Assembly: GCF_000009705.1 (NCBI RefSeq)
Contig: NC_003272.1
Location: 3,570,001-3,602,000, forward strand
Origin: Nostoc sp. PCC 7120 = FACHB-418
GTDB lineage: Bacteria > Cyanobacteriota > Cyanobacteriia > Cyanobacteriales > Nostocaceae
Direction of reading: 5' to 3'
DNA length: 32,000 bases
A model generated the notes under the pieces. It saw nothing but the letters and a program-made list of their open reading frames with translations, was not told the DNA's origin and searched no databases. The translations under genes and the position numbers were made by a program. Shown piece after piece: positions 8,718 to 16,168 of this stretch. The stretch's first letter is position 1, and the number at the start of each line of letters is the position of its first letter.

Positions 8718-10436
8718 CTAATCTTGAAAAATCATAATGTTACCAGAATAACAAGCTACCCAAACTTCTCTAGTTTGTGGATCGTAAGTAATACCGATGG
8801 GATCAGGTTCAACTTTGACTTTTTGTAATACCTTCATGTCACTAGTCCGAACCTTACTAACCGTATCTTCACCGTAGTTCACAACATAAAGTGTTTGACC
8901 ATTAGCTGATAAAACCATACTCCGGGGAGCATTACCTGTAGCGATTTTCTTGACTAAATTACCTTGAGGCAAGCTGATTTTAGCAATTTTGCCTTCACCA
9001 TTTAAAGAAGCATAAAGATATTTACCCGCAGGATCAATATTCAAGTGACGCGGCGAACTACCAATGTTCCGCAGCCACTGTACAGAAAAATCTCTCAAGT
9101 TAACTTTAGCAATGTTGTAAGACCCCATAACAGCGACGTAGGCTGTTTCGGAAGCTGGATCAACGACAATTCCGCGAGGATAGGGGCCTAATTTGATCCG
9201 TTTAATTTCTTGATTTTGATTAATATCTACCACACTCAAATCCCAAGAACACCAGTTGCTCACCAGTATTAGGTTCTCATCGGTAGAAGTAGCCACAAAT
9301 TTTGGTACAGAACCAACTGGAATAACTCTGTCTATCTTGAGGGTTTCTGTATTAATGCGATATAAAAAACTCTTATCTGTCTTCTGAGATGGATGACATT
9401 TATCACTACCGGGGTTATTAAAACCAGGGCCGTACATTTGATAGTTAGATATCCAAGCATACTTGCCATTATGGGAAAAACTAGCTTCAACTGGAGCGCC
9501 TCGATACTTACCCTTGAAGCGGGAATGACCATATTTAGATAAATCCACTTCGTCGGGGATAACTTTAACTAATTCATAGTTGCGGTCATATACAGTAATT
9601 GTGTGGTTATACATCATATTTTGGGCAAAGAATAAACCATTACCCGAATAAACCACTGATTTAGGAGAAATTTTCCCAGAAATAGTTTTGATTAGCCGCA
9701 TTTTTTGTGAGGGACTGGGAGGCGCAGCTGATTGGGGTGATATTTTTACCTGATTTTGTGGCTGCTGTGTTAAAAAAGGTTCGAGGGTAGTTTTTTGAGG
9801 TAACGAAGCCGCTAATTTTCTGGTACTTGATGCTAAAACTGATGATGTTTGTGGCCCGACAATCCCATCAACAACGAGCCGATTAGCTTGTTGAAATTGA
9901 ATTACAGCTGCTTGGGTTGCAGCATCAAAATTTCCAGTAATCGCTCCTTGATAGTACCCATCGGCTTGTAGTTTTTCTTGCAAAGACATGACCCTATCGC
10001 TAATATCACCCTGTTTGAGAGAAGATTTAGACGTAGCTATTTGGGGATCTGTGATACTAGATTCTGATACACCTATACTAGATTCTAAAGCTGCCAAGGT
10101 TGCTGCCCCAACAATTCCATCAGCCTTTAAACCATTAGCTTGTTGAAATCTCTTCACAGCTGCTTCAGTGACAGAACCAAAATATCCTGTGGCAACTTGG
10201 GGAAAATATCCGCTTGCTCGCAACTTTTGCTGGAGTGATGCTACCTGAGGATTTCTGTGACCTTTTTTCAAAGCAGCCACAGTAGGAAGACACCAATTTA
10301 AAGAACCCATTGCAAAAGAAGCCACCAACATTAAAGCGCTACTCTGGTTCTTTGTCCAAGGTATTTCTGGGGAAGATTCATCTGTGGTAGATGTTTCATA
10401 AGTCTCAGCCAAATGCAAATAAGCAAGTGTGTCCAT
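8718..10436 (-). CDS. Membrane-anchored protein with two peptidoglycan-binding (PG_binding_1) domains and a C-terminal YVTN/YncE-like beta-propeller
   Basis: Two repeats of the form LQ.KL...GY......G.F...T..AV..FQ.AN.L..DGIVG..T are present. The C-terminal half has repeated ...P.GI..DP....YVA.. blades (YVAVMGSYNIAKV, LYASLNGEGKIAKI, LYVVNYGEDTVSKV, VWVACYSGNIMIF). Confidence 0.85.
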   Translation of the reverse strand: MDTLAYLHLAETYETSTTDESSPEIPWTKNQSSALMLVASFAMGSLNWCLPTVAALKKGHRNPQVASLQQKLRASGYFPQVATGYFGSVTEAAVKRFQQANGLKADGIVGAATLAALESSIGVSESSITDPQIATSKSSLKQGDISDRVMSLQEKLQADGYYQGAITGNFDAATQAAVIQFQQANRLVVDGIVGPQTSSVLASSTRKLAASLPQKTTLEPFLTQQPQNQVKISPQSAAPPSPSQKMRLIKTISGKISPKSVVYSGNGLFFAQNMMYNHTITVYDRNYELVKVIPDEVDLSKYGHSRFKGKYRGAPVEASFSHNGKYAWISNYQMYGPGFNNPGSDKCHPSQKTDKSFLYRINTETLKIDRVIPVGSVPKFVATSTDENLILVSNWCSWDLSVVDINQNQEIKRIKLGPYPRGIVVDPASETAYVAVMGSYNIAKVNLRDFSVQWLRNIGSSPRHLNIDPAGKYLYASLNGEGKIAKISLPQGNLVKKIATGNAPRSMVLSANGQTLYVVNYGEDTVSKVRTSDMKVLQKVKVEPDPIGITYDPQTREVWVACYSGNIMIFQD

Positions 10437-10697
10437 AGTTCAGGGAATCACTAAGACTCTGGTAAATTTAGTAAAAATTATAACTCATTGCATCAATTGT
10501 ACTGACAAAATTCCGGTCTTCTGATGACCAATTTGCTGATATGCTATGTATAAATTGCTGTGAATAAATAGAATGAGTGCGATCGCTACTATTAGTTGCA
10601 GTCAGTTCTAGTAAATGAATAGCTAGCTTCAGAATAATGGACTGAATCTTCAGCTTCCAGAGCCTGGTGGGGCATAGATTTTTTATTCTCATTATTT

Positions 10698-11297
10698 ATG
10701 ACTGTGACAATTCCTCCCAAAAAACGCAAATTACCCACCCAAGCTATAGGTGCTAAGATTTTCCACTCTGTTAATATCGTTAGCTTGTTCCTCATGCTCA
10801 CCAGTGGACTGCAAATTTACAACGCCAATCCCGTTTTTGGTGGCCGCGCTGGCTTACACATTCCGCCAATATTTACCTTAGGTGGGTGGTTAGCTGGAGG
10901 TAGACATTGGCATTTTGCTGCCATGTGGTTATTCTCTTTAAATCTTTTGTGGTACGGATTTTATATATTATTTACTCAACGCTGGCGACATCGATTTGTA
11001 GGTGCTAATGACATCAAAGCATTGCAAAAAAGCCAAAATAATAAACGTTTAATATACGCCTGGCATCGCATTATCTACACATCGATAATTCCCATATTGC
11101 TGCTAGCTCTACTGACTGGCATAGGTATGTATAAACCTGCTCAATTCCCTTGGATTGTCGATATGTTTGGTAATTGGCAAAGTCTACGAATTGTTCATTT
11201 TGCCTCAGTACCGATGGTAATTATATTTGTCATAGTTCACTCTTTATTAGGACGTAAAGCAGGTGGTGAAGAATTAACAGAGTCCATGTTCTGGTAA
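10698..11297 (+). CDS. Membrane b-type cytochrome subunit (cytochrome b561/PhsC-like, 4 predicted TM helices)
   Basis: 199 aa with hydrophobic helices carrying conserved His residues (FHSVN, GRHWHF, AWHRI, VHFAS..VHS). It sits 25 nt upstream of a Mo-oxidoreductase gene. Confidence 0.75.
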   Translation: MTVTIPPKKRKLPTQAIGAKIFHSVNIVSLFLMLTSGLQIYNANPVFGGRAGLHIPPIFTLGGWLAGGRHWHFAAMWLFSLNLLWYGFYILFTQRWRHRFVGANDIKALQKSQNNKRLIYAWHRIIYTSIIPILLLALLTGIGMYKPAQFPWIVDMFGNWQSLRIVHFASVPMVIIFVIVHSLLGRKAGGEELTESMFW

Positions 11298-11322
11298 AGT
11301 CTAGTCAATTGGTATTGAAAAT

Positions 11323-12045
11323 ATGGGTTTAATTCATATTCGTCGTCTACAATTAACACGCCGACAGTTTCTGCAACTTTCTGGAATGTCAAGTGTAAGT
11401 CTGCTATTAGGTGGCTGTGGTACACCAGCTTTAGAAGATTTAGTGGGTACAGTTTCTCAACCACTCAACCAAAAAGTAGAAAAGTTAATATTTAATCCTC
11501 AAAAGTTAGTACCAGAATTTTCCCCAAGTGAAATCCAACCAGAAGGATTAATAGTTAATAGCTTTCGTTCTACACCGATTATTGATGTCGATAAATATCG
11601 TTTAATTGTGGACGGGGAAGTTAATCATCCTCTAAATATCAGTATGGCAGAAATCCAAAACTTGCCCTTGACTTCCATGATTATACGCCATGTTTGTGTG
11701 GAAGGTTGGGCGGCGATCGTGCAGTGGGGTGGTGTACAGCTAAGAGAGATTATTGCCCTCGCGCAACCAAAAGAAAATGTGCAGTATGTTTATTTCAAAT
11801 CTGCTGATGGTTACTATGAAAGTTGGGATATTGCCTCAGCTTTGCATCCCCAAACATTATTAGCTTATGAAAAAAATGGTGAATCTTTACCCATTGATAA
11901 TGGCGCGCCTTTACGTTTAGCTGCACCAATTAAACTTGGTTATAAGCAGAGTAAATGGGTAACTCAGATTACTTTGGCTAGTCATTTATCAATATTTAAA
12001 GGTTATTGGGAAGACAAGGGTTATGAATGGTTTGCAGGAATTTAA
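11323..12045 (+). CDS. Molybdopterin-dependent oxidoreductase (sulfite oxidase/YedY-MsrP-like catalytic subunit) with a Tat signal
   Basis: The Tat motif is LTRRQFLQLSG. The Mo-ligand region is RHVCVEGWAAIVQWGGVQL, and the sequence also has NGAPLRLAAPIKLGYKQSKWV. Confidence 0.88.
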   Translation: MGLIHIRRLQLTRRQFLQLSGMSSVSLLLGGCGTPALEDLVGTVSQPLNQKVEKLIFNPQKLVPEFSPSEIQPEGLIVNSFRSTPIIDVDKYRLIVDGEVNHPLNISMAEIQNLPLTSMIIRHVCVEGWAAIVQWGGVQLREIIALAQPKENVQYVYFKSADGYYESWDIASALHPQTLLAYEKNGESLPIDNGAPLRLAAPIKLGYKQSKWVTQITLASHLSIFKGYWEDKGYEWFAGI

Positions 12046-12083
12046 ATTTTATATCGGACTCATACTTGATTTTTGAAATTTAG

Positions 12084-12134
12084 GTAGGGCAATGCTTACC
12101 TTATCATGGTTTTGGTGGGCAATGCCCACCCTAC
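12084..12134. repeat. Palindromic dispersed repeat (GTAGGG..GGTGGGCAATGCCCACCCTAC type)
   Basis: GTAGGGCAATGCTTACCTTATCATGGTTTTGGTGGGCAATGCCCACCCTAC. A near copy lies at 13757-13811 in the same orientation. Confidence 0.7.
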
Positions 12135-12174
12135 AGATACTGAGAATTTTATACCTAATTACCTAACAAATAAA

Positions 12175-13608
12175 ATGATTTTTTTCGATAAACTACATCA
12201 AAATATATCGCAAAATCAGAGTTTACTTTTTGTTGGACTTGACCCAAACCCTGAAATGATGCCCGGACGCTATAGCTCTCAGGATATCATAGATGGATTG
12301 TGGGATTGGTTGCAATTTATTATTGCTGAAACTGCTGATTTTGTTTGTGCATATAAGCCAACATTAGGTTTTTATGAAGCCTTGGGTGTTCCTGGTTTAG
12401 AACTGTTACAAAAAACTTTAGCTGCTATTCCTAGCCATATTCCCATCATTTTAGATGCTAAACATAGCGATTTAAATACAAGTACTATTTTTGCCAAGAC
12501 TGTATTCACACAATGGGGGGTAGATGCAATTACTCTCAGCCCATATACAGGACAAGATCATGTGGCTCCATTTTTAGTTTATCCTGATAAAGCTGTGTTT
12601 ATTCTATGTTCTACATCTAACCCTGGTGCAGAGGCTTTACAGCAATATCCAACAAGAGAATCACCCCTTTATTTACAAGTTGTACAAGAGTCCAAAAATT
12701 GGGGTACTCCAGAACAATTAGGTCTAGAAGTTGGCACTACAAATGCTGAAGTTTTGGCAAGAATTCGCCAAGTTGCGCCGGAAAGAATGATTATGGTACG
12801 CAGTATTTGGGCTGAAGGAGGCAATTTAAACCGCATTTTAGAAGTTGGTTTAAATACTGATGGTAATGGTTTGTTAATTCCTGTTCCCCAAGATATGTTA
12901 GCAAGTGCAAATTTATCTAAGGAAATTCAATCTCTACGTGCAGAAATTAATCAGGTGAGGGATATAACTGTTCGTGATGTTGCTAGCTGTTCTGTATGGC
13001 TACCTGATGTTTTTACTGTTAAGCAACACCCTCTACATGATTTAATTTTGCAGCTATACGATATTGATTGCATTATGTTTGGTAATTTTGTCCAAGCATC
13101 CGGTGCGGTGTTTCCTTACTATATAGACTTACGTAAAATTATTTCTAATCCTCAGGTATTTAATCAAGTACTTAGTGGCTATGAAAATATTGTTAAAAAT
13201 CTCACTTTCGATAGGTTGGCAGGTATTCCTTATGGTTCTTTACCAACAGCAACTGGTTTAGCTTTGCGTCTCAATTGTCCGATGATTTTTCCGCGTAAAG
13301 AAGTGAAAGCCCACGGAACTCGGAGGTTAATAGAAGGTAATTTTCGTACTGGTGAAGTAGTGGTAGTAGTTGATGATATTCTCATCAGTGGTAAGAGTGT
13401 GATGGAAGGGGCAGATAAGTTAAAATCAGCAGGGTTAAACGTTCATGATATTGTAGTATTTATTGACCACGAGCAAGGTGTGAAAGATAAGTTACAAGCA
13501 AATGGGTATCGGGGTCATGCAGTTTTAACTATTTCGGAAATTACTAGTGTTTTACACCAAGCAGGGCGGATAAATGATGAGCAGTTTTTGGCTCTAACTG
13601 CTGAATAA
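12175..13608 (+). CDS. pyrF: Bifunctional orotidine-5'-phosphate decarboxylase / orotate phosphoribosyltransferase (PyrF-PyrE fusion)
   Basis: The N-terminal half has LFVGLDPN, ILDAKHSD and TLSPY (OMP decarboxylase). The C-terminal half has the PRPP loop VVVVDDILISGKS (OPRTase). I prefer the ATG at 12175, because the 23 codons upstream (ORF-track start 12106) are the translation of the palindromic repeat. Confidence 0.9.
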   Translation: MIFFDKLHQNISQNQSLLFVGLDPNPEMMPGRYSSQDIIDGLWDWLQFIIAETADFVCAYKPTLGFYEALGVPGLELLQKTLAAIPSHIPIILDAKHSDLNTSTIFAKTVFTQWGVDAITLSPYTGQDHVAPFLVYPDKAVFILCSTSNPGAEALQQYPTRESPLYLQVVQESKNWGTPEQLGLEVGTTNAEVLARIRQVAPERMIMVRSIWAEGGNLNRILEVGLNTDGNGLLIPVPQDMLASANLSKEIQSLRAEINQVRDITVRDVASCSVWLPDVFTVKQHPLHDLILQLYDIDCIMFGNFVQASGAVFPYYIDLRKIISNPQVFNQVLSGYENIVKNLTFDRLAGIPYGSLPTATGLALRLNCPMIFPRKEVKAHGTRRLIEGNFRTGEVVVVVDDILISGKSVMEGADKLKSAGLNVHDIVVFIDHEQGVKDKLQANGYRGHAVLTISEITSVLHQAGRINDEQFLALTAE

Positions 13609-13620
13609 ATCTGAATTTGT

Positions 13621-13650
13621 CAGTTGTTAGTAGTCAGTAGTCAGTGGTCA
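13621..13650. repeat. STRR-like tandem heptamers (CAGTNGT x4)
   Basis: CAGTTGT TAGTAGT CAGTAGT CAGTGGT CA, immediately after the pyrFE stop. Confidence 0.65.
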
Positions 13651-13756
13651 ATAATTTTTAATGCTGCTTCTGTAAGAATAAGGATTTAAAGTAAGTAGAA
13701 AAACAACTGTTAATTGACATTAACTATAAGATTCATACTCGATCTATAAAATTTAT

Positions 13757-13811
13757 GTAGGGTGGGTATTACCCATCGGCTCATGGTTTTGGTGGGCAAT
13801 ACCCAGCCTAC
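13757..13811. repeat. Second copy of the palindromic dispersed repeat
   Basis: GTAGGGTGGGTATTACCCATCGGCTCATGGTTTTGGTGGGCAATACCCAGCCTAC shares ...TCATGGTTTTGGTGGGCAAT.CCCA.CCTAC with 12084-12134. Confidence 0.7.
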
Positions 13812-13850
13812 ACATACTTATATTTTTCAACAATCAAATCTGATTTATAT

Positions 13851-14954
13851 ATGAATATTTCACTCAATCAATTGATTAAATGGTTAATAATAACCCTACT
13901 GTTTCCTCTGGTTTGTTTAAATGGTTGGTTAGTTTTTGCATTTTTCCAGTATTTTCAACCGTTAGTGACAATATTTGTCCTGGCAATATTACTGGCATTT
14001 GTTTTAAACTACCCTGTTTCTGCTCTTCAGAAACGGGGTATTAAACGTAGTAATGCAGTAGGATTAGTTTTTGTTCTGACTGTGATTATTTTAATTGCTT
14101 CAGGTGTCACCTTATTACCCATAGCAATAGAGCAATTCCATGAAATTGCTAAAATTTTACCCTTATGGATTGATTCTAGCCAAGAAAAACTACAAAACTT
14201 AAACGATTGGGCTATTGGTCAACATTTCAAGTTGAATATAGGGCAGATATTAACACGGATTATTGATAAAATTCCTGATGAATTGGAGTCTGTTTCTAAT
14301 CAAACTTTTAAGATTATTGTAGAAACAGTTGATAGTATATCCGAAGCTATAGTTACAGTTGTGATCACTTTTTATCTGTTAGTAGATGGGCAAAGAATTT
14401 GGGAAGGAATATTTAAAAAATTACCGATGTCTTTGGCTCAAAAGTTAAAACAATCTATTCAGAAGAATTTTCAAAATTATTTGATTGGACAAGGGACTTT
14501 AGCTTTACTGATGGGAACCTCTCAAACTCTTTTGTTTTTAGCTTTTCAAGTGCAGTTTGGGTTACTGTTTGGCTTAGGAGTTGGGTTTTTAAGCTTAATT
14601 CCTTTCGGTGATGTTGTTAGCTTGATTGTGATTACTTTAATCGTAGCTACCCATGACTTTTGGTTAGCGTTGAAGATTTTAGCAGTAGCAGTTGTCATTG
14701 ATCAAATTATTGATCAGGCGATCGCACCCCGCCTTTTAGGTAGTTTTACAGGACTGCGACCTATTTGGGTGTTAGTTTCTTTGCTTGTGGGGACATACAT
14801 TGGCGGTTTGCTAGGATTGCTAATTGCTGTCCCTGTCGCTGGTTTAATCAAAGATGCAGTCGATGGTTTCCCATCCTTAACTACTGGTATTGAGAACGTT
14901 TTACCGACCGAAACCACGACAGAAGTCTTAAGTCCAGAATCAACGTCATCATGA
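13851..14954 (+). CDS. AI-2E family transporter (PerM-like permease)
   Basis: 367 aa with about 8 hydrophobic helices. It shows the family pattern ...YLLVDGQRIW..., YLIGQG..AL..G, IPFGD and AVPVAG.IKD. Confidence 0.88.
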   Translation: MNISLNQLIKWLIITLLFPLVCLNGWLVFAFFQYFQPLVTIFVLAILLAFVLNYPVSALQKRGIKRSNAVGLVFVLTVIILIASGVTLLPIAIEQFHEIAKILPLWIDSSQEKLQNLNDWAIGQHFKLNIGQILTRIIDKIPDELESVSNQTFKIIVETVDSISEAIVTVVITFYLLVDGQRIWEGIFKKLPMSLAQKLKQSIQKNFQNYLIGQGTLALLMGTSQTLLFLAFQVQFGLLFGLGVGFLSLIPFGDVVSLIVITLIVATHDFWLALKILAVAVVIDQIIDQAIAPRLLGSFTGLRPIWVLVSLLVGTYIGGLLGLLIAVPVAGLIKDAVDGFPSLTTGIENVLPTETTTEVLSPESTSS

Positions 14955-15221
14955 GGTGATGTAACTATTTTTATATAGGCGATTAGCAAAGCTAGGCGTT
15001 CCGCTATCGCCTAACTTATGTTTTCTTGAGTTTTCACCTGATTTGCTTCGGTAATAATGGGCGCAAAAGTATCATTTATATACATTTTCTCTGACCATAA
15101 CTCCACTTAGTTTCCAAATAAGCATTAAAATTATGCAATTTTTGCATTTATGCGGATGCGCTAAAGTCCAGTCAATGGCATTCTCTATATTTAGGAATAG
15201 AGTTGATGGCATACTTAAACA

Positions 15222-15249
15222 CCCCTGGAATTTTCCGGGGGCTTTTTAT
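15222..15249 (+). terminator. Rho-independent terminator with no gene directly upstream (orphan)
   Basis: CCCCTGG (15222-15228) pairs with CCGGGGG (15235-15241) around the loop AATTTT, followed by CTTTTTATTT. The nearest upstream CDS ends at 14954. Confidence 0.6.
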
Positions 15250-15382
15250 TTCATATACAGGAGAGGGAATGACTTAGTGCTGTTAGTGGTAGCGGGGTAA
15301 TCGATTACCTGCATAAACAGCAACGCTAATACATATGAGTTAATGGAAGGTACAGCTTAACTTTAAGTATTGGTGAAGTATC

Positions 15383-15814
15383 ATGAAAAACATCACAAAA
15401 TGGCTTTTAGGCTTGGCGATTGTTCCCGCGAGTTTGATATTGGTATCTAGTCATACTCAAGCTAGTCAAGTTGCTAGTGAGTGGTTCTTTGGTTTGTGGG
15501 ATTGTAATATTGACGGTAGACCAGCCCAAATGCAATGGAAAGTAGTAGATGACCCACAGACTACTTGTGATGGTGATGTTTGCTCTACTACTTCTGGTGT
15601 CCGTCTCATCGGGCGGTTTAGTGATAATGGTAATAGATGGGTTCCTTTAGGAAAACGTTTTTCCAACAGATCAAAACAGGATTTAGGGATTCGTTATTTA
15701 GGTGCAGAGCAAGATAATTGGTATCTTAGATACAACAGTCGTACTAAGATTGCAGATGGTTGGACAACATGGCGAGGTAATCGTTATCCCCTACAATGCC
15801 GCAATCGTAGATGA
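15383..15814 (+). CDS. Small secreted protein, function unknown (signal peptide, 4 Cys in the mature part)
   Basis: ATG at 15383. The signal peptide is MKNITKWLLGLAIVPASLILVSSHTQA. The mature part is Trp/Arg-rich with CNIDG...CDGDVC...C. I recognise no family with confidence. Confidence 0.7.
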   Translation: MKNITKWLLGLAIVPASLILVSSHTQASQVASEWFFGLWDCNIDGRPAQMQWKVVDDPQTTCDGDVCSTTSGVRLIGRFSDNGNRWVPLGKRFSNRSKQDLGIRYLGAEQDNWYLRYNSRTKIADGWTTWRGNRYPLQCRNRR

Positions 15815-15819
15815 GTTTA

Positions 15820-15855
15820 GGGGTGTAAGGGTGTGGGGGTGTAAGGGTGTAGGTG
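15820..15855. repeat. Tandem octamer array GGGTGTRR x4 (G-quadruplex-prone)
   Basis: G GGGTGTAA GGGTGTGG GGGTGTAA GGGTGTAG GTG, starting 6 nt after the stop at 15814. Confidence 0.85.
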
Positions 15856-15952
15856 CAAGATATTTTTCATCTATAACTGTGAAACTTGTTTCATGGGGAC
15901 TGCCTATAATAAGTGTGCATCTAATACCAATTTGAAAAAAGAATGTGACAGA

Positions 15953-16068
15953 TATAGCTGGGGACTGGGGACTGGGGACTGGGGACTGGGTGAAAAATCT
16001 TTTTGTGTCTAGGTTGTATCATTTTTGTATCATTTATTGATGTCCTAACACTAATGGCGACAGCTATA
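15953..16068 (+). mobile_element. MITE-like element, 116 bp, with 8-bp TIRs TATAGCTG/CAGCTATA and 4.5 copies of STRR1 (GGGGACT)
   Basis: TATAGCTG-(GGGGACT)x4.5-GGTGAAAAATCTTTTTGTGTCTAGGTTGTATCAT...GATGTCCTAACACTAATGGCGACAGCTATA. An inverted copy lies at 22379-22477. Confidence 0.65.
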
Positions 16069-16102
16069 CATAGCCCCAAAAGTTTGTTCTGTCTTGATTC
16101 TT

Positions 16103-16128
16103 AATTTTGAATTTTGAATTTTGAATTG
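16103..16128. repeat. Tandem heptamer AATTTTG x3.5
   Basis: AATTTTG AATTTTG AATTTTG AATTG. It overlaps the TTG start (16121) proposed by the ORF track. Confidence 0.85.
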
Positions 16129-16168
16129 GTATAAGTGTGCATCTAACTTCAGATTGGAGGAAACAATT

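Noticed and set aside
12106-12174. N-terminal 23-codon extension of pyrFE (MVLVGNAHPTDTENF...).
   Set aside because: It is encoded by the palindromic dispersed repeat. The same peptide-like reading recurs wherever the repeat occurs. The ATG at 12175 gives a family-typical N-terminus.
15702-15935. 77-aa plus-strand ORF overlapping the end of the secreted-protein gene and the octamer array.
   Set aside because: It runs out of frame over a better-supported CDS and then reads through tandem-repeat DNA (GVRVWGCKGVG).
15820-16128. Tandem 7-8 nt arrays (GGGTGTRR, GGGGACT, AATTTTG) considered as a CRISPR or another spacer-containing array.
   Set aside because: The units are 7-8 nt and directly abutting, with no spacers, and no cas genes are in the window. 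These are STRR-type microsatellites, not CRISPR.
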